A DNA stretch of 64,000 nucleotides from Mobula hypostoma (lineage: Eukaryota), in the NCBI RefSeq assembly GCF_963921235.1, contig NC_086097.1:55864001-55928000 (forward strand), given 5' to 3'. Every line of letters starts with the position of its first letter. Position 1 is the first letter of the stretch. Of the stretch, positions 41,553 through 53,100 are shown piece after piece. The notes beneath the pieces were generated by a model. It was not told where the DNA came from and ran no database searches. It worked only from the letters and a program-made list of their open reading frames with translations. Position numbers and translations under genes: made by a program.

Positions 41553-42157
41553 TATACTCAGTGGCCACTTCATCAGAATCAGAGTCAGGTTTAATATCAC
41601 TGGCATATGTCATCAAACTTCTTGTTCTGATTCACTTTATTGAGTACCTCCTGTGCCTAAAAATTTGGCCACTGTGTATGTTCATGGTCTTCTGCTGCAG
41701 AAGCCCATCCACTTCAAGGTTTGACGTGTTGTGCATTCAGAGATGCTCTTCTGCATACCACTGTTGTAACATTGGCTGTTTGAGTTACTGTCGCCTTCCT
41801 GTCTACTTGAGCCAATCTGGCCAGTCGCCTCGGACCTCTCTCATTAACAAGGTGTTTTTGTCCATAGAGCTGCCACTCACTGAATGTTTTTATTTTTCAC
41901 ATCAATTTCTGTAAACTCTAGAGACTGTTTTCAGCAGTTTCTGAGATACTCAAACCACCCCGTCTGACATCAACAATTATTCCATGGTCAAAGCTATTTC
42001 TTCCTCATTCTCATGTTTGATCTGAACCTACAACTGAACCTCTTAACCATGTCTGCATGCTTTTATGCATTGAGTTGCTACCACATGATTAACTGATTAC
42101 TTATTTGCATTAATGAGCAGGTTTAGTGGTGTACCTAATAAAGTGACACAGGGTGTA
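41553..42157 (-). mobile_element. Tc1-like non-autonomous element with both TIR-like ends, carrying a short LINE-tail insertion (~41570-41630)
   Basis: Left end tatactcagtggccactt; right end ggtgtacctaataaagtg..gggtgta. The interior is the reverse complement of the 1-300 and 63668-64000 sequences. Confidence 0.8.
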
Positions 42158-43764
42158 CTTTCTGCTTGCCTAACACTTTTCATATAAAACGCCAATTCTA
42201 CAATATGCATGGTTAATCCTATGACCTCCATAGTTGTAGTTGGTCACACATTGGTGATTAATCCTACATTAAAGTTAGAGATTGGTTCAACACTACTTAT
42301 AGTCACAGATTGGTGCACTTTCGAAGATTGGTCTACAATACTTACAGTGCCATGTTGATCCTACACTGCACATAGTGATAGATTTCTGCTCCAGCACTTA
42401 TTATCACAGACTAAACCTGGAGTCTTATGAGTGATAGATTTCTCATACACAGTATAGTTGCAGACTGATACCACATGGCGCATGGTCAGATATTGGGCCT
42501 ACGATGTCCAATTGCACTGACTAATCCTACACTTGTATGTAGTGGCAGATTAATACTGCATTGTACATGATCTTGGGAAGTCAGATTGGACATACATTGT
42601 TCATTGATGCAGATTGTCCCTACTCAAAGAACATTCCTATAATCTTAGATTGTTGCTGTGGTGCCCAGTCAATGTGTGCTTAAAGGCACTGATATACTTT
42701 TCAACAAATTGTGTTCTTTTTTTCCTTCAATTCAACTTTTTTTCTTATTTTTTAATTAATCACTTCTGGATAGTAATTATAGATATGAATACATTCACCT
42801 GTCAAAGGTGGCTTTAATTGTAGTGAGATTTTACTCATTAATTATTATTGGTTGATATTTTAGAATCATTACCATTATATTTATCTTTCACTTCAGCCAC
42901 TTGCCAACAGGCACTGTATATCAACCATTTAAATCTGACAGACATCTTGGCAATTGTTTCATCAGTCAAAGTCCCAGTTAAAAGCAAAGCAACATCATGC
43001 AACACTGCCAATTTGTCTACATTTTTTGCCAAGTGAAGAGCCATTTTTATGTCAGTCATAGGTCTGTCTTGTCTCGCTCTCCGTGGCTGTGGCAGACTTT
43101 CTCAACTATCCCACCAAGTGTGACGCTGCCCATCATTGCTTCTGTTGCCACTCCCCTATAATTAGACAAAGTCAACACAGCAGTCATTCATTGTAAAGCC
43201 AGAGTACCTGAGGCGTCAACAATTCCAGTCCGAAGATTTAAAGAACATGGCTTCTTCCTTGAATGCTTCAGCTATCTAAATGAAACTGCAATTTACCCCA
43301 ACAACTCTGATCAAACTGATAACCTGAACTCGTGCTTTCAGTTACTCAAAAACTCCCGCTAAGTAGCAAGAGCTGACACTCAGACAGCCTGTGCTCAGGA
43401 GCCAGTAACCATGCTTACTGGATCATTTGCTTAAGAATGTGCTGGCTCACATACAGAACTCACTGAAATGATGAAGAAAATGCATGGGCAGTACTAGCTT
43501 GGCTGGGATAGTGGGGAATCTCAGACAAGACTGCTGATACTCTGCATGCAATTTCTAAACATGTACACTTAATGGCAAATGATAGACACCCCCAATGGAA
43601 CAAAAAGGTCCTGGGGGTGTAAATAAGGATTCTAATAACTCGACCTTGCCCAAGAAGCCCACTGTTTTGAAGTGACAATTATAGATCCAGCTGTTTTTTA
43701 TCAGTTTTACACTAATTAAAATCTTAAATAATACAAATACCTAAGATTCTAAATTACGCAAATT

Positions 43765-43768
<4 letters not shown>

Positions 43769-43802
<34 letters not shown>
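43769..43802. repeat. (TG)17 microsatellite
   Basis: Directly visible. Confidence 0.95.
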
Positions 43803-43806
<4 letters not shown>

Positions 43807-46800
43807 AAGCTGAAGAACAGTTTAAAACTAAAATCACATGTTCCACAAAGATTATATCATCCAGTGCTTCCTTCTTGGCAGCAGAGTTTATTTAACTCCT
43901 GTGTACCATAAGGTTGTGATAAAGTTTTTATTGTCATGCCTATGGTCATTTGACCATACTTAAATTCAAAGAAAAATCATAAATGTAAAGTGACAACAGG
44001 AGGAGCGGAATATTATTCAGAATACATTTAAATACCAGATTTTTGTTCTGATAGATATTGTTGATTCAGGCAGCATTCTAGATTTTATTCACTAATGTTG
44101 CTGCTTCCTTTAAAATCTGTGCTTTTTTTTAATGCAAAACATAGGCTTTTAATAGTTGCACAAACTATATAATTAATCAGCATGCAAGTGATTATTTTTG
44201 TTGAATGGTCACATCCTTAGTAACTGGATTCAGACTGGGAAAGAAAAGGAAACCTTTTTTATTCTGATGATGTGAAAAATCATGCAGGCTCTATTTACTT
44301 GACCCCCTCCACCTGCTTTCAGGACGGTGGCCCCATTATTAAGCTACTCTATGCAGCTTGGAATAGACCTAATGGAAACAATTCAAAATGCCTTTCCAAA
44401 ACATCTGGCTTTAGCTACGGGAGAAAATGTGGAAAATGAAGTGACTAATACAATGTCCAATAATGGAGACTTGGAATGTAATCAGGTGGATTGCTGACGC
44501 TGCTTGATTCGTCTGTTCTAAGCGAAGTAATGAAAGTCACAAACTGCCATAGTCCATGAACTGTACAACATTTACTCCAAGCAGAGAGCTATATGCAGCG
44601 TAACTAGTTTTAGTGAGCTCCATAGCAACAGTAATACACATATAAAACAGCAAGAAGTAATTGGGACTTCATCCAGCAAACACAAGATGGTCCTTAACAA
44701 TGATCTCTTCTTGGCTTTTTCAAATGGGAAAATAAGCTAAATGCTGTTACATCAGCTTAATTGGGCTGTAAGTGCCATATTATTCATTAACTGATCATAT
44801 AGTGATAATTAGATCACACATAAAACATTGCATCATCCCTTAATCTGACACATCTTAATCTGTAATTTTATTTTTGTTAATGATTTTAAATGAATGTTGA
44901 ATGCTTCAATTCACTTCAACAAGCTAGACAGAAACTTCCAAATTTCAAGTGAACTTATTTACATAAACATTTTCATATTATGCTGATTCATGTGAAATTT
45001 ACTTATTTTCAGGAAAAAAATCATGCTGATTTATCATTTAGTTTGATCATTATTGGAGTAGAACAGCTGTCTGGTTGATGCTATCATAATGCATTGATGT
45101 ATAATCCATCCTACATATGGTTTTTGCTTTATACTGTGACATATTGCCAATCTTTCCTTCAAACGTATATACGTATGGCATCTGTTCCTTTGACATCAAC
45201 AGGATCAATGTGGCAGAAATTCAAGGCAACATGAAAAGTTGCCTTTACACGAGCTTGGCCATCTCTGTCTTTATAGTTGACACTGAACAAAGCCACAGGC
45301 AGATTGTTTTTAATTGTAGCATGCTATTTCTCATGAAATGGCTTATACTAGTGTCACAGATCACGAGTGAGAGCTCAAAGCAATATTGGCAAGCAGAATT
45401 TATCATTCATGTTTCATATTTCCCATTGTAATTGGTGAATAAGATGTCAAATGTTTTGATATATTAAATCAAAGTTTACAAAGGTGGTAAATACTTCAAA
45501 TAAAACATGCAGTTGGAGTGTGACATATAACATAGCACACAGTTAAGGGGCCTGGATAATCAGACGGCAAAAAGCAGAAGGCAGAGAAACCTTATGCACA
45601 ACTTTACAATATATTAATATATCTCCAGAATTTTAATTCTTGTGGTATTGTCATTCAGACATACACTTACATTATTTATCAATGGCAACAATCATTGTGA
45701 TTTCACAACATAAAACAGAAGGCTGAGTTGTTGGATGGCTTCCTAACATTTCAGGAAACATTACTTTTAAATGGGAAATATCATAATATTCATTATGTTT
45801 CAATAAAACAGACTACAAAAGATAGTTAGGGGGTAAATGTCCTAATTGCATAGTCTGTATCTAAATTAAATTTAGAGCATATTAACTTTGAATTACGCAT
45901 TAGTTTAACATTTCACAAATGTGGTGAAGTTGTTGCCCTTTACTCTATTTTTCACATTTCTGTAAATTACTGCTTGAGGCTCTGCCAGTTCCGAAGGCTA
46001 GTGATTTATGGTGCAATTTGTTAAAGGGCCCACATACTTTTAACCCCAATTATGCATTTTCCCTCCTACCTTTACAATGTTTGTCTGCACTTACAACTCA
46101 TTGGCTCTTTCCCCAAAACCTTTAACATTTCTAAAAGACATTTTTTTTGTACATAATTCAACAAGAAGTATTAACCTTCATGTATTTTGTCACGGGTGTT
46201 GTTCTCATGCTGTCGGGACATCCCAGACTTTGGACATTTAGCCCTGTAATTCAGCTTTAGGAGGACCAATCACACAATTTCTACTTGCCACACACTGATT
46301 TCATTTTTGTAGACAATTTGGCATGTCCTTTTACATTTATTTTAGGGGAAATTATACTTAATTTTAGCAGAATTCAAATATGATAGCAGGTAAGACCAGT
46401 AAAAATTAATTTTGCCCCCGTGTACAAAGAATGACTGTGTGTTTCTGTCTGTTTTACCTTGTTACTTAGCAAGTTGAAGGACTAACGCTAAGAACTGACA
46501 GCATAGTAGGTTTACAAGATACACAGACAGCAGCATATTTTCTGTATTGGTAACAAACACAAATGCTTTGATTGAAGTCACTGTCAGCATTGCTCACTGT
46601 CTTTTTTGTATGAGCTTTCGGCAGCAGAGAAACAAGAGAGTGCAGATGGTGGAATATGGAGCACAAAAACAAACTGCTGGAGGAGCTCAGGGGGTCGAGC
46701 AACATCTGTGGGGGGGGGCGCGGAATTGTCACTGTTCTGGGTCAACACTGGTTGCTAAATCTGGGAGTCATTTGTCAGTCTGCTCAACACAAGTAATTGG

Positions 46801-47059
46801 AAAATTATTATGAACAATAATTCGGGAAAATATCTATGTGTACATCTGCTGCTCATCAGTAATTTCCCTGGCATTGAGTTGTGGAGGTTTCTTGCTGAGC
46901 TAAATCTTTCCTCAGGGTTATGATGTCTCTGCAATGATTACCAAGCTATTTCTAGGAAGAAAGAATGATAAAAACACCTTCTGGTGAGATGTTGCCAGCC
47001 CTACTAACTCTAAGTAACATGGCTATCTTCCGATCAATATAGTGCCTGCATCCTTTGGT

Positions 47060-47866
47060 CGACACCTTCTGGATAGGTCATGAGACCATATATTTCACTT
47101 CTTTTATGTCTTCTACATTTGTTCTTTTTTGTCTTGGATGTGATTCTGGAACTGTTGGAGCCCATGATTTGCTGTTTGGAGATTGTTTGAGTATTCCAAC
47201 AGTCTGCAGTCTCCGAGAAGATTCTAGGAGGCAGAGGCAGCGTGCATGGACCTCATGGGGGGGGGGGCAGGCTGCAGGATGGGGCACAAGCTGATGTTCG
47301 ACTCCATTTCTCTGATTAAAGCTTCCATTGTTTGCCGATTAAAATGATGAGGGAGATTGAAACTTCGAGGCAAATGCAGAACTTTGTAGATCGTTTTGTT
47401 GTTCCAGCAGTCTGCAATCTCCAAGAGGATTCCGGGAAACGGAGGCAGCACGCACGAACCTTGTGGCAGGCAGGCTGTGGGATTGGGCACAAGCTGATGG
47501 TTGACTCCATTTTGCCGATTAAAGCAACAAATATCAGAAAGTGAGCGCCGGCTGTTTGTCTTTGGTTTGCTGTGCTACTGGAGAGGGGAGGGCCTGCTGC
47601 TGTGCCCGGAGAGTGTTGCCCAGGTTTTCTAGGTTTTGGATGTGGACTTGGACTATAGACTTTTTCTCAGTCTTATAGTTTTTATATTCTGTGTTTTTCG
47701 CCTGATCTTTTTTTTATATGGGGAAGGAGATTTGGGGATCAATTCTGTTTTTTTTTTGTGTGTGGAAGGGGGATTTGGCGGTTGATGATCTTTTTCTTCT
47801 TGGTTTCATGGCTACCAGAAGAAGAAGAATTTCAGAGTTGTATACTTTGACAATAAATTAACCTAT
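47060..47866 (+). mobile_element. Interspersed repeat with an internal ~130-bp direct duplication
   Basis: 47193-47325 and 47401-47526 are diverged direct copies. The 3' end is T-rich with an AATAAA. Confidence 0.55.
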
Positions 47867-47878
47867 GATGCTTTGATC

Positions 47879-48318
47879 TTCGAAAAGACCTGGAGGCCAT
47901 TTACTCAACATTTTCATATGATGCAATTTGACCTTTTCCAAACTTATTCTATTTCTTTGTAATATTTGTTGAGAGGAACGGAGTCGTCGACACTAATGCT
48001 TTCTTTTTTTATGATGTTACATAACAGCCCGTGTCTTTTTTTTTAAGTTTAGTTGATTAATACTGTTTAGGTTAGTTTTTTGGGAGGGGTTATAGTTTTA
48101 TCTTTTTTTCCCTTTTTCATGATTTTTTTTTAGATATTTTTCTTTGTTTTATATTGTTCATCTGTATCCTGTATGATTGGGAGTTTTAATATTTAAGAGT
48201 CAACTGGGTTTATATTTAACTATGTCAATTACAACAATGTATTCCCAATAACTTTGTATCATTACTATGCTATGTTTATTATTATGAAACTAATAAAAAG
48301 ATTGAAAAAGAAAAGAAA
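47879..48318 (+). mobile_element. L1/Tx1-like 3' fragment with 12-bp TSD
   Basis: Begins FEKTWRPF-like ORF2 end, then a T-rich UTR, AATAAA and an A-rich tail. GATGCTTTGATC at 47867-47878 and 48319-48330. Confidence 0.8.
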
Positions 48319-48929
48319 GATGCTTTGATCAATATGAACTTTCAAAGATAAATGTAGTGAGGCAGCATCATAATTAGGATTTTAATGGTTGCCAGAATGG
48401 GATATTAGTGATGGACAATAAATGCAATCACAGCCCACAATTAAATCAATACAGAGGCAGAGTTCAATTCAACTTCCTTACACAGAAGCTAATGAATTTA
48501 TGGAATAGATGTGAAGTGTGACTGGGCTGAATGCATGAACCAATTCAAACATCAGTCAAGTACCCGAAGAAGAAATTAGATATACATTATGAAATATAGC
48601 TTGAAAAATAATATTTTGTAATGCCAGTAGGACCTACAATAGTTTTTTTTTGCCAGTTGAATATTTCAGAGAAAGGCTTAAAGTCTTTCTCTGTAAAAAT
48701 GCCAGAATATACCAACAGGAGAATTTTTTAAATTCGTTCTTTATAAGCACATGGAAATGGGAAATGATCGGATGACTAATCTCTGCAGGTTGCTTCCTGT
48801 GTTACATTCACTCTGATAAATTTTGTTGTAATCATGATATTTTCAACATTTATAGGTTCATATTTCTCATTAATTTATTTCTCAAAAATCTTTTCAAGAA
48901 ATGCTATTACTTTGTAAATGAAAACCTGT

Positions 48930-49715
48930 TACCATAAGACCATAAGACTGAAAATTATAGGAGCAGAATTAGGCCATTCGATTAATCACACCTGCTCTGC
49001 CATTCAATCGTGGGTGATTTATTTTCCCTCAATGCCATTCTCCTGCCTTCTCCCCATAACCTTTGATTCCCTTACTGATCAAGAACCTATCACCTCTGCT
49101 TTAAATATACCCAATGAACTGGCCAGTTGTGACAATGAATTCCACAGAGTCACCACTCTCTGGCTAAAGAAATTCGTCTTCATCTCTGCTCTTAAAGGGC
49201 GCTTTCTATTTTGAGGCCGTGCCCCTGGTTCTAGCCTCTCCCACTACTGGAAACATCCTCTTCACGTCCACTCTATCCAGGCCTTTCAACACTCAGTAGG
49301 TTTCAAAGAGATCCCCCTCATTATTTTAAAATCCAGCAAGTACAGGCCCAGACCTCTTATAACCCTTTCATTCCCAGGATTATTCTTGTAAACCTTCTTT
49401 GGACCCTCTCCAATGATAGCAATCCCTTCTTAGATATGGGGCCCTAAACTACATGGAGTACCGTAATATGATCTGACTAATGCCTTATAAAGCCTCAGCA
49501 TTACTCCTTTGCTTTTATAATGAAATGCTGACATTGCATTTGCCTTCCTTACTACCAACTCAGCCTGCAAGTCAACCTTTGGGGAACCATGCACTCGGAC
49601 TCCCACATCCCTTTGCAACTCTGACTTCTGAATTTGCTCCCCATTTAGAAGATAGTCTATACCTTTATTCCTTCTACCAAAGTGCATGGTAATACATTTA
49701 CCTACACTGTACTGT
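48930..49715 (-). mobile_element. CR1 3' fragment
   Basis: ORF 49430-49687 (MHFGRRNK..LRLYKALVR) and an accataag repeat tail. Confidence 0.85.
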
Positions 49716-50789
49716 GCTTGAAATTTAACCTGAACTCTGTACCTTTACACCAGAATCTTTCACCTTTCTGGCTAATTTCCTTCCTCCATGCGCACTGAAT
49801 GCCTGCAGTACTTTCTGCCTCACCACATTGCCCTATAACATTTTCTAGAGCAGCTTTTCTGAAACCTGTAGTTAAAATAAAGGATCAGTACAGTCCAGCA
49901 GGCCATTCTGATTCTTGTCAAAATTAGCCGACATTACGCAACCTGGGGTTCCCTTGAACTCCTTACAATATTCACCAGAGATTCCCTGTGCTGAATAATG
50001 CCTCTTGATTACACTTGGGATATTCCTTATCAATCCAGGTTTCTAAGCCTGGCAGTTGTGGCATAGGACTTTGCTTTTATCCAAATACCACTACAGGAAA
50101 AGAAAGGGCTGGGATATCTTGGGCCTGCAGGGAAAGTTAGAAGAGTCTGTGATTCACATATGATCAAACCAGGAAGGGATAGTTAATCTTATCAGGGAGT
50201 TTGGTAATGGCAGGTTATCATTGTGCTTCTTGAAAACAATCTATTTCTTTGTGTTACTTTGTCATTCAAAGCAGGTTATTCCACTAAAAATACCTTTGCC
50301 ACAATTAGTAACAGGTTACCCTTACCTTATATTCATTCTAATTATTTTGTCAGAATTTGTTTTCCTGCGGCACAAATAGATTTTGTGCCTTTTGTTTCAA
50401 ATGGTAACAAAGATATCTGAGTGTATATACGTATAAATGCTTGCGATGATCGTGCAGGTTACATACTCTTGTATCTCTTACTGGTCAGATATAACACATC
50501 AGCACAAGAAATCTGAGGCAGATTTCTTTTCAGAATTAGATTACATTATCACACCTGTAAAGACTAGCCTCATTTAAAAACTCAAAAAGGTACACGTGGG
50601 CACTATCAGATCTGGCAGAGCCAGTACCAAGATCACACAAATAGGAGGAATTGTTATGTTTGTGTGCTCATTTTTAACCAGCTTTATTTTAACCACTGCC
50701 TTATTTGTGAATTCCATTCCACAATTATATACTACAGCTGGGTAATAAAGTTTCCCAGTTTAAACAGTAATTTAGAAAGACAGATTAAT

Positions 50790-51670
50790 AAAGGACAACC
50801 AACATTCATTTGTTCATAAAAGGTTTTGTCTGATTAATCTTTGAGGTAACAAGAAGAACCAATAAGCACTGTGTGTTGGATATGGCCTTTATGTATTTTA
50901 CCAAGGCTTTCACAAGATCCCAAAGACTCAGTGGTGTCTAAGGGAGAGTGACATATTGGATTCAAAATCTTCTGAAAAGTGAAAGAGTAGTGTAATTGTT
51001 GATAGATATTTTTTGGCAGAAAGAACGTTACCAGTGGCATTCCGTTGGGCTTGGCATATCTTGCCCTGTGTATTGTAGGGTACATTAATAACTGAGGGGG
51101 TTAAATGTAGGGGCTATGATACAAAAAACTACCATGTTATTGACAATGAGGAGAACAGCTTTAAGCTAAAGGAAGATTTAGCTCATCCTATGATTTGGGC
51201 AGAGGAAAATGGAAAGTGTGAGATAATGCATTTTGGTGATGCAAGGGAATATACAATAAATGGGAGGATACTGAGTGATGTGGAAGAACAGAGGGACTTT
51301 GTAGTGCATGATTACTGATCTTTCAAGGTAGCAGTAGGATGATTTTTTCCATTAATCAAGCCATAGACTACAGTAGCAGCAATGTTATGCTGACAATGCT
51401 ACCCTTGATGACTGTGCACAGTTCTTGTCGCCACCTTGCTGGAAAGATGTGATTGTATTTGAGAGGACACACAGCAAATTCATAAGAAAATTTATGGTCA
51501 ACTTTCTTTGGAGGAAGCTGAAGGCAGACTTATTAGAGGCATAGAAAAAAATCAGGATTTTAGGTAGAGCAAAAAGGAAGAATCCACTTCCCTTCACAGG
51601 GTGGTTAAAGCTACAGAGCATGGATTTAAAGTAATTGATAGGATTAGCAAGAACATGAGGGAAAGATGTT
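50790..51670 (+). mobile_element. Highly degenerate CR1
   Basis: Remnants of the KAFD-region, accagtggcattccg, aagtgtgagataatgcattttgg and tgtgcacagttcttgtc motifs. Confidence 0.7.
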
Positions 51671-51899
51671 GTGGGTTTTTTATGATTCTATAATTTGGGA
51701 GAGTTGTATTTGTTTTCTATTGCTTCTTATGTATGATTAATAATTTTATTTGATACATCATAGATACTTGATATTTGTCAGTGTCAGTAAAACCTTCTCT
51801 GCATCATTTGCATATTTCAACTATGTTTGCTCTTAGTTCCCTTTGTAGAGAAAAAAAACTGTCCTCTTTGCATTCCTCATAATCAGGTGGATTTTAGAT

Positions 51900-52252
51900 G
51901 TAGAACCATGCCAGGACCACCAGACTCAAAAACAGTTATTTTCCCCAAGCAGTAAGGCTGATCAACACGTCCACCCAGTAACCCACCCCGCCACATCTCC
52001 TGCCACCACTGCTTCATTTCCTGTCTGCCACCTTACGTACAGGCACTCCTGTGCCTAGCTTCACTTTATGAGGTACAATCAATCTATGTATATAAGCTAC
52101 CTTGCGTATTCAAATTTATGGTGATTTTTTATTATTGTGTTCTTTATCTTATTGTGCATTTTTGTGCTGTATCAGATCCAGAGTAACAATTATTTCAATT
52201 ATTTTGTTCTCTTTTACTCTTGTGTATTGGAAATTACATTAAACAATCTTGA
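51900..52252 (+). mobile_element. Rex1/Babar-like LINE 3' end
   Basis: aggaccaccagactcaaaaacagttattttccccaagcagtaaggctg (RTTRLKNSYFPQAVRL) followed by a T-rich UTR. Confidence 0.6.
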
Positions 52253-52332
52253 ACAATTACCCAGGACATGCAACACACATCAAAGTTGCTGGTGAACGCA
52301 GCAGGCCAGGCAGCATCTGTAGGAAGAGGTGC

Positions 52333-52368
52333 AGTCGACGTTTCAGGCTGAGACCCTTCGTCAGGACT
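52333..52368 (-). ncRNA. Minimal type I hammerhead ribozyme in the Penelope 3' terminal region
   Basis: Minus strand AGUC-CUGACGA-AGG(GUCUCAG)CCU-GAAACGUC-GACU: stem I AGUC/GACU, core CUGANGA, stem II AGG/CCU, GAAA, palindromic ACGU stem III, GUC cleavage triplet. Confidence 0.8.
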
Positions 52369-53100
52369 AACTGAAGGAAGAGTGAGTAAGGGATTTGAAA
52401 GTTGGAGGAGAGGGGGAGATCCAAAATGATAGGAGAAGACAGGAGGGGGAGGGATAGAGCCAAGAGCTGGACAGGTGATTGGCAAAAGGGGATACGAGAG
52501 GATCATGGGTCAGGAGGTCCGGGAAGAAAGACAGCGGGGGGGACCCAGAGGATGGGCAAGAGGTATATTCAGAGGGACAGAGGGAGAAAAAGGAGAGTGA
52601 GAGAAAGAATGTGTGCATAAAAATAAGTAACAGATGGGGTACGAGGGGGAGGTGGGGCCTAGCGGAAGTTAGAGAAGTCGATGTTCATGCCATCAGGTTG
52701 GAGGCTACCCAGACGGAATATAAGGTGTTGTTCCTCCAACCTGAGTGTGGCTTCATCTTTACAGTAGAGGAGGCCGTGGATAGACATGTCAGAATGGGAA
52801 TGGGATGTGGAATTAAAATGTGTGGCCACTGGGAGATCCTGCTTTCTCTGGCGGACAGAGCGTAGATGTTCAGCAAAGCGGTCTCCTAGTCTGCGTCGGG
52901 TCTCGCCAATATATAAAAGGCCACATCGGGAGCACCGGACGCAGTATATCACCCCAGTCGACTCACAGGTGAAGTGTTGCCTCACCTGGAAGGACTGTTT
53001 GGGGCCCTGAATGGTGGTAAGGGAGGAAGTGTAAGGGCATGTGTAGCACTTGTTCCGCTTACATGGATAAGTGCCAGGAGGGAGATCAGTGGGGAGGGAT

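Larger units (their letters stand above)
36200..42660 (+). repeat. Long degenerate 28-bp tandem repeat (consensus ~RGTCACAGATTGATCCTACACTGTACAT), interrupted by TEs
   Basis: Recurring (gt)cacagattgatcctaca motif. The 28-bp spacing was checked at 41045, 41073, 41101 and 41129. Confidence 0.85.

Noticed and set aside
36200..42660. CRISPR-like array
   Set aside because: The units are contiguous, degenerate 28-mers with no unique spacers, there are no cas genes, and the context is vertebrate.
42838..43059. Short minus-strand ORF as an exon of a second gene
   Set aside because: No recognisable domain and no convincing splice context. It cannot be excluded without a homology search.
44264..44280. 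Second hammerhead (CTGATGA..GAAA)
   Set aside because: Only 3 nt separate the core segments, so no stem II can form, and there is no supporting stem I.
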